This document shows, piece after piece, positions 1 to 13,560 of a stretch of 64,000 nt of DNA (within the stretch, counting starts at the first letter, position 1; every line of letters begins with the position of its first letter). Source of the DNA: Octopus vulgaris (lineage: Eukaryota). Location of the stretch: NCBI GenBank assembly GCA_951406725.2, contig OX597833.1:45446001-45510000 (forward strand), in the 5' to 3' direction. The notes beneath the pieces are model-generated. The model saw only the letters and a list, made by a program, of their open reading frames with translations. It did not search any database and had not been told where the DNA came from. The position numbers and the translations under genes are program-made.

Positions 1-606
1 AGTAGAAAACACTTGCCCAAGGTGCCCCGCAGTGGGACTGAACCCAGAACCATGTGGTTGGTAAGGAAGCTACTTACCACACAGCCACTCCTGCGCCGGA
101 GTAACTTAGTGGTTCGGCAAAAGAGACCGATAGAATAAGTACTAGACTTACAAAGAATAAGTTCTGGGGTCGATTTGCTCGACTAAAGGCGGTGCTCCAG
201 CATAGCCGCAGTCAAATGACTGAAACAAATAAAAGAGTAAAAGAGGAAAAGAGTAATTAAATGAGAATGAGTGATTTACAAAAAAAAAATGAAGCGGAGG
301 ACGCGGTCGACTCCACAAACCACATACTCACACTGAAGACATTGCCTTTTCCTTTATTTTTGCTCTCGTTTAGACAGGTTCTATCACTCGCATCATACTT
401 ACTACAGACTTCCATCTTTTACGAAACACACTTTGCGACAGGCATTTCTTCTCCAGCCTTATTTTCCGTTTCATGTGGAAAACGAAAAAGTCGATTAACC
501 CGAGATTGGAAATGAATATGCCTGTTGCAATTCCTTTCGCTCTCGTCTTCCATACTACGTCTTTCGCCTCAGCAACTACCGAGAGAAAACAGGCTCGCTT
601 CTCTCT

Positions 607-1435
607 ATTCAGGGAGGGTGGTCAACGACTTTGGAGAGCATAAAAATTAAAGTTGTGGGTGAGAAAACGTTAGCTGACGTGGAGGACAGGAATCCATTTG
701 AAATTGGAAATGAGTTTATCTGTATAATGATTTGCACCAGGTAAATGCTGACAGCATGACTGCTCATCATTGCTCTGTGAACACTGCAAACGCTGTAAGA
801 CGGAAGATGGAGAGCTGCAACGGAGACTACAAAGTCGTGGCCAGCAGGAAGGAACACAACAGGCGTTCTGACTACATCTGCACGCCGGATATCATCCCAA
901 AGTCTTTGAAGTGGGCCTTTGGCTCAATTCAGACAGCTATGTAAAGCTGCCAGAGACTGGTCAAACCCTGGCTGGAGAGGTTTATTGCTGGAAGGTCATA
1001 TGTGTGGCAGCAGGATTTGGCTCCTAGCCATGCGTTCGGAAAGAGTCAGAAGTGGTTGTCGGAGAGTTTTTACGACTTCACCATACACAATTTCTGGCCT
1101 TCTGATTCTCTCGATTGTAATCCCACGGATTATTATGTGTAGGATGTGTTTGATAACACCAACCGCTCTGCATGCGACATCAAGGCCGTGCTGGTAGCTA
1201 AGATCAAGGACATGTTTAAAGATCTTTCCAGTGAGAAACGCACTATGTCAGGTCCCAGAGCCTTCTTAAGCCATGGTAGAAGCTGTAGGTGGCAACTTTG
1301 AGTAGCCTGTTATCTCTCAGCCATAATTTACTCGATATTTTTTGAATTTTTAAAGTACTTTTATTTTTGGATAGGACGTTGTATTTTCTTTCTTTTTATG
1401 CAAGCTGTCAAATTTAGCCTGGACAAATGTGTATA
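607..1435 (+). pseudogene. Decayed Tc1/mariner-superfamily transposase, DD37D (maT-type)
   Basis: Frame at ~960-1142 reads VKPWLERFIAGRSYVWQQDLAPSHAFGKSQKWLSESFYDFTIHNFWPSDSLDCNPTDYYV*. There are 37 residues between the D of QQD and the D of NPTD. It has an in-frame stop and an internal deletion, and TIRs are not clearly resolved. Confidence 0.75.
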
Positions 1436-1476
1436 CATACATACATACATAAATAAGTACATACATACCTACCTAC

Positions 1477-1552
<76 letters not shown>

Positions 1553-1622
1553 ATGTCTGTCTGTCTGTCTGTCTGTCCATACACACATATGTATACCCAT
1601 GCGCGCGCAGGCACACACACAC

Positions 1623-1682
<60 letters not shown>

Positions 1683-2096
1683 AAGTAACTGCTCTTCTTT
1701 TAAGCCCCAGATGAAACTCTGATTAAGTTTATCTATGATCGAAGACATTCCATTCGCGATCGCAACCATCGTGATCTTTCATGCCAGAATCGTCTTTCAT
1801 TCTCAAAGACGACAGTTTGTGGAAATTTGGGAGATTTGGATGCTATATTTGTCAGACAAAAACATGTAATACCCAGCAGTAGCAATAGTAGTGGTAGTAG
1901 TAGTAAAAACAATAGCAGCCGGGATAAGAAGTGGAACCTATATAGATTGTACAGACGTTTACAGACGTCACGGTTCTACGATTTGCATTTGTATTGCTTT
2001 AATAATACAAGACTGTCTTTCGTCTGCTAAGTTTTGTTTGTGTAGCTGGTTCTAATTATCATTCAAGACTGATACAAATGCACCCCACCCTCGTAC

Positions 2097-2131
<35 letters not shown>

Positions 2132-2310
2132 GTTAAAAAGCGTATAGTAAATGCACAAACAGACACAAAATGGCAAGTTGAAAAACATATAGTAAATAAA
2201 CAGACGAACGGAAAACAGACACAAAAGGCCCCCAGCTCTTCATCAGTTATCGGCTAAAGGATCAAACGCAATTTCGTGTCTTTAACGACAATACTGATCC
2301 CTTCTGGTGG

Positions 2311-2364
<54 letters not shown>

Positions 2365-2416
2365 CACATACATACGTACATACATACGTATATACATACA
2401 TGTGTGTGTGCGTGTA

Positions 2417-2447
<31 letters not shown>

Positions 2448-2968
2448 GTGCGTGTGTATGTAATATTTTATTTTGATCGAGTCAGTCTCAGTTATTCTTG
2501 AGTGTCGTCGATGGGTGCACAGGGTTTTTGGGCAAGTTACAACTGAAGAAATAATCCATTATTCTAAAGGCACAAGGTCTGAAATTTTGGATAAGGGTCT
2601 TGTCAATTACATGTTGACCCCAGTACTCAACCAGTACATATTCTATTGACCTCGAGAGGATGAAAGTCGAACTCGGCAGAATTTGTATTTAGAACGTTTA
2701 TATGCCAAGCATTTCGTCCGACGTGCCAATGATTCTGCCAGCTTGCTGCCTTGGACTAAAGAAATAATGGAACTTGTACATCCATATACAGGATTCCTGT
2801 CGTAGGGTATGACAATATATTGGAAACAAGATAAAAAGAGAATGAAGAGAAGGATAAAATGGTCATGACAAAGTGGTACAACTTTGATCGTATGTTTGCT
2901 CGGTAAAGATCCTGAGACCAACTAACAAAATGAGAAAAAAAAAAGAGAAGAAGTAGAAGTAGAAGAAG

Positions 2969-3025
<57 letters not shown>

Positions 3026-3772
3026 AAGAAGAAGAAGAAGAAGGGAAGGGAAGGGTGTGTGTTTTGAAATGGGTGAATGAAGTGGAGTGGATGGGTGTTA
3101 GAGTGATCAAAAAATTCGATGGAAAAATTCGACGGAAAAATAATTGTCGATGAGTAGATAAAAGTGTTACATCATAGGCTATATTTAAAAAAATCAATAA
3201 CGGGGACATAAACAAACCAACACCATTTGTCAAACGGTGATGGGGACAAACAGTAAAATACTCGCGTGCGGGCACACACTCATACATATATACGTATATC
3301 TCACATCTTTTATCTTTTACTTCTTTCATGACTGCGGCCATGCTGGGGCACCACCTTGAAAAATTTTTAGTCGAACAAATCAATCCCAGGACTTAATTTT
3401 TTTCTAAACCTGGCACTATCGGTGTCTTTTTACCGAACCGCTAAGTTACATGAACGTAAACACGCCAACACCGGTTGTTTAAAGGGTGGAAGGAGAAAAA
3501 CACGGATACAAAAATACACACACATACGACAGGGTTTTTAAATATAAATATGTATAAATATATATTTATATACATGTATATGTGGCAATGCTCCAGTATG
3601 GTCGAAGCCTTTGAGCTGAAACATATAAAAGAAAAGAAATGTGTGTGTGCATACACGATAAGCTTCGTTCAGTTTCCGCTTACCAAATCCTCTCACAAGG
3701 CTTTGGTCGACCCGGGGATATGGTAGAGGATACTTAACCAAAGTGCCACATAGTGGGAATGAATCCGGAACC

Positions 3773-4154
3773 GGATCTTTTCCTTTTGAACGGCAGTTTT
3801 CAACACAATTTCTAGTTAACTAAACACTTTAAAACTTCGTATACTGGTAGAATGTGTCAAAATAAAACATTTTTTTTCTCTTGGCTTTCTTGAGAAAATT
3901 ATAATTTGTAAGTTTAACGTAGTTTAATTTTCTCTCAGTTTTAGACGCAGCAAATAATTTTAGCTCAATAGAGGCCATCGATTGGTTAAAATTCGAAAAA
4001 TTAAAGTACGTTAAACTTACAAATTACAATTTTCTCAAGAAAGCCAAGAGAAAAAAATGTTTTATTTTGACACATTCTACCAGTATACAAAGTTTAAAAG
4101 TGTTTAGTTAACTAGAAATTGTGTTGAAAACTGCCGTTCAAAAGGAAAAGATCC
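3773..4154. mobile_element. Fold-back MITE with GGATC...GATCC termini, inserted in a SINE
   Basis: Starts ggatcttttccttttgaacggcagtttt and ends aaaactgccgttcaaaaggaaaagatcc, with long near-perfect inverted arms. Flanks ccggaacc/ccggaact form an 8-bp TSD with 1 mismatch. Confidence 0.85.
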
Positions 4155-4674
4155 CCGGAACTGTGTGAGTGGGAAGCAAACTTTTTATTACACAACCGAA
4201 TTTTTATTTAACCAAGTTGGTCTGCGCAAAGAGGGACGTTACAGAGACAGACAAGGGGTTGGAGAACGAATGATTAACAACAGGAAGTTAGACATATAGT
4301 TAAAAATAAATGAAAAATATGAAAATCGAGTGGAATAAAACAGAATAGAGTGACGGGCGTGGCCAGCACCACAAACCACGTACCAACACAGAAACTTGTG
4401 TTTTTCCCTTTTGTTCTCACTCAAGTAGGTCTTCTTTATTTTCTTTTATATTATATTATATTATGAAATTGGCCGTAAATGCCTTACATAGAGGGGACAG
4501 CACAAGGTGGGGACAAAACAAAAAACCAAAACGAATGAAATTAAATGAAATTATAAAATGAAAGATGAAATGAAGTCGCTCAGCCCCCACCTCCGGGCGA
4601 CTTCATTGCACCCTTTGCAACACCATTTGAATTTCCATTTGCGGCTAACTTTAGAATACACTTATTTACATTTT

Positions 4675-4935
4675 GTGGAGGCGCAATGGCCCAGTGGTTA
4701 GGGCAGCAGACTCGCGGTTTCGATTCCCAGACCGGGCGTTTTGTGTGTTTATTGAGCGAAAACACCTAAAAGCTCCACGAGGCCCCGGCGTGGGGTGATG
4801 GTGATCCCTGTTGTACTCTTTCGCCACAACATTCACTCTCTCTCTCTCTCTCTTGCTGTTTCTTGAGTAACGCTGGGGGTAACACATACGCCACAGAAAC
4901 CGGGAAACCGGGCTCATGAGCCTGGCTAGGCTTGT
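4675..4935 (+). mobile_element. tRNA-derived SINE, family 3 (gtggaggcgcaatggcccagtggttagggcagc...)
   Basis: A/B-box tRNA-like head. Homologous copies lie at ~24720-25010(-), ~37575-37965(-), ~38881-39178(-) and ~56946-57236(+). Confidence 0.8.
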
Positions 4936-5419
4936 AAATAACGTTTATCGTTATTTACATTTTACAATAATTCGTGCACATCTTTTTCAAAATATCTGCA
5001 TTATATTTCTTTAAAATGTCCACATACCTTATTCTTTCCGGCATTGTGCTGGTGTCTATTTTTTTGTACCACCACTCCCAGTCATAGTTTTCCACGTACT
5101 CGTGTACCTTCTACAGGTTCTCCTTGTCCATTAGCACGCAATGATCGTCCTCAGGCAAACCCAATACATTCACTGTATCAACCATGACCATTCCGTCCCA
5201 CGAATTTACTTTGTTAATCCAATTCCTCAATCTGTCCATTGTTCATTAATATAAGTTTTTCATTGCAGGGTGAGGCTGGGTGGCTTTGAGGCTCCTGTGT
5301 GTTTGCAATTTCTTTTTGTCAGACTGGGCATGAGGAGGGTTGGTATCTGTAGGGAGTGGTTTGAGTAGAGTGCGTGTGGGTGAGGGCCTAGTGGGTGTGG
5401 GCTGGTTGTCATTTTATAC

Positions 5420-5643
5420 CTATTTCTTTATTACCCACAAGGGGCTAAACATAGAGGGGACAAACATAGGTATTAAGTCGATTACATCGACCCCAGCGCG
5501 TAACTGAAACTTAATTTATCGACCCCGAAAGGATGAAAGGCAAAGTCAACCTCGGCGGAATTTGAACTCACAACGTTACGGCAGCCGAAATACCGCTAAG
5601 CATTTCGCCCGACGTGCTAACGATTCTGCCAGCTCGCCGCCTT
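5420..5643 (-). mobile_element. SINE family 2 (ggcggcgagctggcagaatcgttagcacg...gggtcgataaattaagtaccag...)
   Basis: Representative of many copies, e.g. ~16642, 18440-18840, 19040, 24075, 26405, 28090-28440, 34843, 35160, 35483, 43980-44200, 56250-56450. Confidence 0.8.
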
Positions 5644-6142
5644 ACCATGTGTCAAGTAGGTCTTCTTACCACACAACGATGATTGCGCCGGTAGTTGAAA
5701 AGGTGGGGGTAGAATTTTAGAAGCTGAGGTGGTCATTAAGAGAAATGGTCAGTAATTCAAGAGTATGTTGGTGGCAACTATAGTAAATAGTGATGTTCTT
5801 TTATTCTTTTATATGTTTCAGCCCTAAGGTTGTGGCCATGCTGGAGCACCGCATATATAATCGTATTTTATTTCTTTCTTTAATATTTTTATATTCTTAT
5901 TAAGCTTACCAACGCTCTATTTTCCTCACTTATCTTTTAACTGGGACACGACCTTCAGGAATTTTCAGTCGAATGAATCAACCCCTGTACTTCTTTTCTT
6001 TCTTTTCTTTTATTTTTTAAACCTGGTACTTACTCTATCGGGGTGTTTTGCCGAACCACTAAGTTACGGAGACGTAAAAACACCAGCACCCGGTTGTCAA
6101 GTGGCGGTAGTGGTGAACAAACACAGGCACAAAGACACACGC

Positions 6143-6199
<57 letters not shown>

Positions 6200-6488
6200 C
6201 ACACGACGAGGTTCTTTCAGTTTCCGCCTACCAAATGCACGCACAAGGCTTTGGTCGGCCCGAAGCTATATTAGAAGACACTCGCCCAAGATGCCACGTA
6301 GTGGGACTGAACCCGCAACCATGTGGTTGGGAAGAAAGCTTTTTACCACACAGCCACGTCTGCACCTATAGTTTATTTTTCATTTTATTTTATTTTATTT
6401 CATTTCATTTCATTCTGATTTTGTCACAAATACTTTATATTTTATTGGTTTGGATTGTTGAAATGAAATCGATAAGAACTGCAACGAG

Positions 6489-6534
<46 letters not shown>

Positions 6535-6612
6535 GCAAAGTTTACGAAAATAAACAAAAGACGAAGGTGTACAAACAAATGTATTAGTATGGCGCTCAAG
6601 AATAGAAAAAGA

Positions 6613-6648
6613 CTTTTACGTTTCGAGCCTACGCTCTTCCACAGAAAG
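6613..6648 (-). ncRNA. Minimal type I hammerhead-like motif with variant core, in a (TA)n-embedded element
   Basis: Minus strand: cttt CTGTGGA a gagc gtag gctc GAAA cg TA aaag. Stem I is cttt/aaag, stem II gagc/gctc and stem III the palindrome ACGT. Core position A6 is replaced by U. Confidence 0.5.
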
Positions 6649-6879
6649 ATACACAGAAAAAAACAAGGAGAGAAAAAAATTGCGTGTAGTAGCTAACGAT
6701 CTATCTATATATATATAATTTTGATTTGAGAAGCGTCGAATGTATATCGTACTGTACAGACGAGAAGGTGAAAACCGCAGGAAGATTAAGTATTATTTTC
6801 CGTCTTAAAAGGGTAATAATACCCAATCTTTTTGCTGTTTTCACGGCTATACTGCGTGCGAAATATTACCTTCTTCGCT

Positions 6880-6915
<36 letters not shown>

Positions 6916-6931
6916 ACACAGACACACACAG

Positions 6932-6963
<32 letters not shown>

Positions 6964-6977
6964 ACACACACACACAT

Positions 6978-7028
<51 letters not shown>

Positions 7029-7038
7029 TCTTTTGCAG

Positions 7039-7209
7039 TGGATGGCAATTGGGGGCCCTGGTATCAGTGGCATCCATGTACTAAGTCATGCGGTGGAGGC
7101 CGCCGCTCTCGGACTCGTGCTTGTATCTATCCACCGCCGGCAAACGATGGTAAAGATTGCGTCGGTAGCAGCGTAGAGGAAGCCGCATGCAATACGAAAC
7201 CGTGTCCAG
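7039..7209 (+). CDS. TSR (thrombospondin type-1 repeat) protein, first TSR exon seen in the window
   Basis: ttttgcag|TG...CCAG|gtaag; 171 nt, phase 1-1; DGNWGPWYQWHPCTKSCGGGRRSRTRACIYPPPANDGKDCVGSSVEEAACNTKPCP (WxxWxxW, CxxSCG, RxRxC). Confidence 0.93.
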
Positions 7210-7738
7210 GTAAGTTGAAACTAATGATTTATTTGACTCTTTTGAGAAAGGCGCGTGGTTTACCAGATAGGGTATTCGGCTCACGATCATAAGGTCCGGA
7301 GTTCAATTCCCAGCGACGCGTTGTGTCCTTGAACAAGGCACTTTATTCTATGTTCCTCCAGTCCACTCAGCCGACAAAAATAAGTAGTATCTGTATTTCA
7401 GAAGTTCAGCTTTGTTACATTCTGTGTCACGCTGAATTTCCCCGAGAACTACGTTAAGGGTACGCGTGTCTGCGGAGTACTCAGCCATTTGCACGCTAAT
7501 TTCACGTGCTAGCTGTTCTGTTGATTGGATCAACTGGAATTCTCGTCGTTGTAACCGACGGAGCGCTAGTTATGCTGACTTTTTAGCCCAGTGTTACCCA
7601 ACCCTATTTCATAGCAGGCCCCACTATAACTTACCTACAAAAAATGTACGCTCTACCAGTGATTGGAAAAAAAAACCCAAACTTCATTTTTAATATTTCA
7701 TAATTATATACTTTCCTTAAAGAAATATCCATAGTATA

Positions 7739-8150
7739 GGCGAAGGAATGGCTATGAGATAAGTAGCGTGCTTACCAGCCACATGGTTCCGGGTTCTGTC
7801 CCACTGCGTGGCACCTTGGGCAAGTGTCTTCTACTATAGCCTCGGGCCAACCAAAGCCTTGTGAGTGGATTTGGCGGACGGAAACTGAACGAAGCCCGTT
7901 GTATATATGTATATATATATATTTATGTGTGCGTATATGTTTGTGTGTCTGTGTTTGTCCACCCAACATCGCTTGACAACCGATGCTGGTGTGTTTATGT
8001 CCCCGTAACTTAGTGGTTCGGAAAAAAGAGACAGATAGAATAAGTACTAGGCTTACAAAGAATAAGTCCTAGGGTCGATTTGCTCGACTAAAGGCAGTGC
8101 TCCAGCATAGCCGCAGTCAAATGACTGAAACAAGTAAAAGAGTAAAGAGT
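7739..8150 (+). mobile_element. SINE family 1 (tRNA-like head, internal (TA)n(TG)n tract, 3' agtaaaag tail)
   Basis: Full copy. Others lie at ~10537-10945(-), 16224-16614(+), 33735-34174(+), 55120-55528(-), 57320-57830(-), 61140-61540(-), with fragments at 1-255. Confidence 0.85.
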
Positions 8151-9585
8151 ACTTGGGCATTAGAATAGGGCTATACTGTAGCAAACTGTCTTCACACAGT
8201 ATTCTTAGCTGGAGTGATTAGTTCAGCTAGATTGAGTATAAGTGTAGTATATTTGCTGTAACAAAAAGATTTTCACTATTCCATGTCCCACTAAAAAAAA
8301 TTTTGGATTCCACTCCCCACCACAATTTTCCCAGGCCCCTCTGGTGGGGCGTATGCTCTTCGTTGGAAATTCCTGCTTTAGAGAAACAGAACGACTCAGT
8401 GTGTACAGCTCTTCATTTCTGTTCTCGATTATAGATGCTTTCCTCCGTTTACAGACCGTGAAGTAAGAGACAAGCAGCTAACAAATGAAGACTGCAGTGA
8501 GGTTTCGACTCCCAGTACAAAACTAATTTGTTTGCCAGATATCATAACCGTTTTTTTCTTTTTAAATTTCGGTTTTGGATTTGGTTTGCAAGATTCTTTA
8601 TATGAGTTCGTGTGTTGAAGCATATTCTGTTGTGTCTGGGGAGAGTCATTCTCTTTTAGTGCCTTATTATTTAACACACTTACCGCTAAAATTTCCACTT
8701 ATTTCTTATTTTTATTTTCTAAAATTTTCGTTGCGTCTTGCAACCTTTTCAATAGTCAATTGCTCCTTGGAATGCCTTTAATGAGCAAACATATGATCAG
8801 AGTTGTACCAATCATGACCACCTCGTCCTTCTTTCGAACATGGAGTAATCTTGGACTATATTATCCGAAATAAATCCCACCTTTTCATAACGATAAGGTG
8901 TAATTTGGTAGAAATTGGCTGCTGTCTTTACTACGTAGTTGTAATGGAAAAAACAAAACAAAACAAAACAAGTAAATGTACAATATGATACATTGTTTGG
9001 CGTCGAAAAATAGAATTGTTTAGAGAATAAGCAACTCAGAGATGACATCCAGAAGAAAACAAGTTAAGCTAGTGTTAAAATTTTTAGCGTTAACATATTT
9101 TGATTTAGCGTTTACACATTTTAATGCAAGATGCTTTAAAAAGCCAACAAGAATTATTTATGTGGCGAAGAAGGAACAAACGTATGCACACATAACCTGG
9201 CACTCTGTTCTGTGCTTTCATCAACCACAATTCTAAAATATGCTTACTTACATCTAGCTTGGCATTCCATTCTTCTTTTAACCTCGAATCTGATATATGT
9301 TCACTGAAATATAAATTGACGTTCTTATTTTGTCTGAGTGATGATTCATTACTTAGCCATTAATATCCATACTGAATCTGAAACTAAGCTACTCTAATTT
9401 GAAGGAACATTTGTTATTGCGCAAACAAGCATTCGTGTGCAGACTCGTTTTGTATATTTATTGCATACACATAAGCTCACATGCATGTATATACTTAGTT
9501 TTAAAGTGTTTTAGAAACCCTTTATAACAATATAAGTTAGAAATAAAAGAGCGAAAATAAAACAAAAATAAATGGTTGTACTGTT

Positions 9586-10015
9586 GGATCTTTTCGGTTT
9601 GAACGGCAGTTTTTTCTAGCGGTGTCATATGAAATTGCCACCCATAATTATGACCCTAGTATCGATCTATTGCATTTCAATCTGTTTTAGGGTTAGTTAG
9701 GGTTAGGGGTGGGGGGAAGGGTATCTTTTTTCTTCACAAATGTAAATAGACCATATCTGCTTCTTAAACGAGGGACATATTCATACGGCACAGAATGTTT
9801 TTTTTTTTTTTTTACCTCAATGGACGTATTTGATTGGTTGAAATTGCAGAAATTGAAGAAAAAAACAACAAATATCTTACAAACTATAGAATTTTTCTCA
9901 ATAAAGCCAAGAGAAAAAGATGTTTTATAAACACATTCTACCAGTATACGAAGTTTAAAATTTTTTAGTAACCTAGAAATTATGTTAAAAACTGCCGTTC
10001 AAACCGAAAAGATCC
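9586..10015. mobile_element. GGATC-terminus MITE with perfect 8-bp TSD and internal TTAGGG-like repeats
   Basis: TIRs ggatcttttcggtttgaacggcagttttt / aaaaactgccgttcaaaccgaaaagatcc. TSD gtactgtt at 9578-9585 and 10016-10023. Internal ttagggttagttagggttagggg at ~9687-9709. Confidence 0.9.
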
Positions 10016-11268
10016 GTACTGTTTCCTTTTGTTATGATATTTCGGCTTTAAAAAAAACCTTTGTCAAAAAAAAATAAAACAAGCTTTACTCTAATCTGCG
10101 GTGTACAATATGCGCAATTAGTATTTTTAAATAACATACAAATAAATGTCTCTTTTGTTAGAAAATATACTTTTTACTCTAGGCATTAAAATCCTGTTGT
10201 ACTACAGGACCGTCTTATGAAAGATTTTTTTGGTGGAGGATAGGCAAGAAATCATCGACTATTGTCATTGATTGGGTTTCTAAACACTATAGATGTGGCA
10301 GAAGCTTTTATTTATATCCCTTAATTTTTCATTAGACTTATGGGACGGTCTGTAAGTATCTGGTTCTAAACTGAATGAGACGTCTAAAGTTAGAGTGATA
10401 CACACACACGTGCACACACCCATGATGACAAGATGATTGGAGTAAGGAAGTCATTTTGCTACTTCAGTTTACAATTGTTTCATCTTGGTTTAATGCAATC
10501 AATCTTACAACATTATGTAATAATGCACGCAGTTATTTACTCTTTTACTCTGTTACTTGTTTCAGTCATTTGACTGTGGCCATGCTGGAGCACCGCCTTT
10601 AGTCGAGCACATCGACCCCAGGACTTATTCTTTGTAAGTCTACTACTTATTCTATCGGTCTCTTTTGTTGAACCGCTAAGTTACGGTGCCGTAAACACAC
10701 CAGCATCGGTTGTCAAGCGATGTTGGGAGGACAAACACAGACACACAAACATATACACACACACATATATATACATATATACATATATATATATACATAT
10801 ATACAACGGGCTTCGTTCAGTTTCCGTCTACCAAATCCACTCACATGTCTTTGGTTGGCCCGAGGCTATAGTAGAAGACATTTGCCCAAGGTACCACGCA
10901 GTGGGACTGAACCCGGAAACATGTACTTACCACACAGCCACTCTACTTTCCACATTTTATTCATATATGTGTGTGTGTGTAGAAAGGGATCTGTGTCATA
11001 AATGGTAGCCAAATTTCTCTGAATTGCACGCAACCATCTTAAAAAGGAACGGCACATTCAGTAATAGAGACCAGGTTACTGTATGTATCAAAATAAATGA
11101 ACAAGCAAAAACCAGCTGCTTCTGTCTGGATTGCTTTTCATCATATATCTGACCTAAGGACAAAATTCATTAATTGTAGTGATGAGAAGAAAATGACATT
11201 ATAATGGCATCTTTCTAATCCTTTTGTGTTTTGTTTGTGTTTTATGTTTTCTTCTTGTCATATTTCAG

Positions 11269-11439
11269 TTAATGGAAGGTGGAGTAACTGGACCCCATGG
11301 TCGACGTGTAGTGCAAGCTGTGGTGCAGGTAGTATGAAAAGGGTTCGGAAGTGCGACAATCCAGAACCTAAATACAGAGGTAGACCCTGTGGAGGTTCCA
11401 GTTATCAAGTCAAAAAATGTGTCAAGATCAAATGTCAAC
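11269..11439 (+). CDS. TSR protein exon (TSR 2)
   Basis: tttcag|TT...CAAC|gtaag; 171 nt, phase 1-1; VNGRWSNWTPWSTCSASCGAGSMKRVRKCDNPEPKYRGRPCGGSSYQVKKCVKIKCQ. Confidence 0.93.
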
Positions 11440-11524
11440 GTAAGCTATTGAGATTTTCCTAATTAAAGGAAGAAGTAAAGAGAGAGAGATAGATAGATAG
11501 ATAGATAGATAGATATATAGATAG

Positions 11525-11580
<56 letters not shown>

Positions 11581-12280
11581 GTGGGGTGAGGGAAAAACAG
11601 TAGTAATGATCAATCATTTTACATATTTGATAAATTTTCCAGTTATATCTTCAGAATGAAGGAGATATAACGCCCTAAACCTAAAATAATTTTTGATCTA
11701 TTGAAATTATTACCTCTTTGAAAAGGACACGAGAGAGAACTCTGAAATTTAAACTGAATAAAAATTAAATGAGAGAATGCAGAGAAATTATGACCAATCT
11801 CGATTCCTACTGCATATCTCTATTTAGCTTTAGTAAATTTAAAATTCGGAGTTCTCTCCCTTACAACCTTTCGAAAGAATATTTGTTAATGTGACTTTTG
11901 TCTCAATAAGTTATTACTTCAAGAGATAACATTTTATCTTCAGCTTACTTCATTATGTATGTTAGAGTTTACACTCAACTTTATTTAAGCTTCTCGAATT
12001 TCCTAGTGAATGAAAGACCTTTATAGTATCTTAATCAGAGAAGGGAAGAGAGCGTTTATGAATATCTTTTATCTTTTACTTGTTTCAGTCATTAGACTAC
12101 GGTCATGCAGGGGTACCACTTCCAAGAATTTTTAGTCGAACGAATCGACCCCAGTACTTATTTTTTAAAAACCTGCTACTTATTCTATCGGCCAATTGGC
12201 TGAATCTCTAAGTTACGGGAACATAAACACACTAACACCGGTTGTCAAGAAGCAGTGGTGGGGCAAACGCAGACACAAAG

Positions 12281-12350
<70 letters not shown>

Positions 12351-12797
12351 CCGATGGGCTTCTTTCAGTACCTACTGAAAACTGATACGTGCTGCATACA
12401 AATGGAGTGAAATTTTTAAATAGGCATGAAAAATTAGTCAAAAACAGTTCGCCTTGTGCCTAGAGTAGAAAAGAATCGTTAGCACACCGGGTAAAACGCC
12501 TGCCGTTCAGAGTGCAAATTCCAACGAAGTCGATTTTGCCTTTCATCCTTCTGGAGTCGATAAAATAAGTACTAGCTGAACACTGGGGTCGATGTAACGA
12601 TTTACCCCTTCCCTGGAATCGCTGGCTTTGTGCTAAATCAGTGTTTATTCAACCAGCTTTACCCTCGACTCCACTTAGAACTGTGGTCTAATGCGAAAGT
12701 TAGAAACTATTGGCATTCAAATTCATTAAAAGTCATTCTTCTCAAAAACAAAACATTTTGCTTTATATAATCTTTTTTCTCTCTTTTCTTTTTCCAG

Positions 12798-12971
12798 AGG
12801 ATGGAGGATGGTCACTCTGGAGTTCATGGAGTCCGTGTCCAGTCACATGTGGCACAGCATTTCGTATCAGAAACAGGGAGTGCAACAGTCCGAAACCACT
12901 CTATGGTGGTAACTACTGTAGAGGACCCAAAACAGAGAAACTTGAATGTCGAGGGCGAAGACCTTGTCCAG
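12798..12971 (+). CDS. TSR protein exon (TSR 3)
   Basis: ttccag|AG...CCAG|gtaat; 174 nt, phase 1-1; QDGGWSLWSSWSPCPVTCGTAFRIRNRECNSPKPLYGGNYCRGPKTEKLECRGRRPCP. Confidence 0.93.
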
Positions 12972-13023
12972 GTAATATCAGAACAGTTTTTAAATTTAGC
13001 TTTACGTTTTTGGTCGACACCAT

Positions 13024-13066
<43 letters not shown>

Positions 13067-13560
13067 TGTGTGTGTGTGTGTGAGGGGGTGCAATCGAGCT
13101 GGATTTAGTAGCTACAAGTTCTGAATTCAAATATGCAGGTTTCACTTTCTGGCTTAATGCAATATGAGAGAGCGAGAGAAAGAGAGACAGAGAGAGAGAG
13201 TGCGCGCGCACGCGCGCGCGCGTGTGTGTGTGTATTTGTCTGTGTGTCTGCTAGTATGACATTTGTGAAAACAACCCACAGGCTAAATGACCAGTGGCTC
13301 TCTGTCTGAATCCCGCCAAAACGGTCCTTTTATGGGTGTCAGTAAACTTAGTGACACGTTGCAGCAGAGCCGCTCAAATTGGCGAAATTTTTGACCAATC
13401 TTATCTAATGCAAAGCGCCGAGTTGAAATTCTGGGGTCGATTCAGCCTCTGGCATAAATTTACATATACTTCAAATGCGTATTAATTTCAGTTACGACTG
13501 GAATTGCTGTTTTTGCAGCTAATGATTATGTGTGTAGGTTTGACTGGAGTTTAAGAAGGA

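Noticed and set aside
2228-2256. CTGATGA hammerhead half-core on the minus strand; similar partial motifs at ~37158-37180 and ~40000-40020
   Set aside because: GAAA, stem II or stem III is missing, so no complete ribozyme can be drawn.
8455-8514. Possible extra phase-1 exon (DREVRDKQLTNEDCSEVSTP) between TSR 1 and TSR 2
   Set aside because: Weak donor (gtacaa), no domain similarity, and TSR 1 splices to TSR 2 naturally (CP-VNG).
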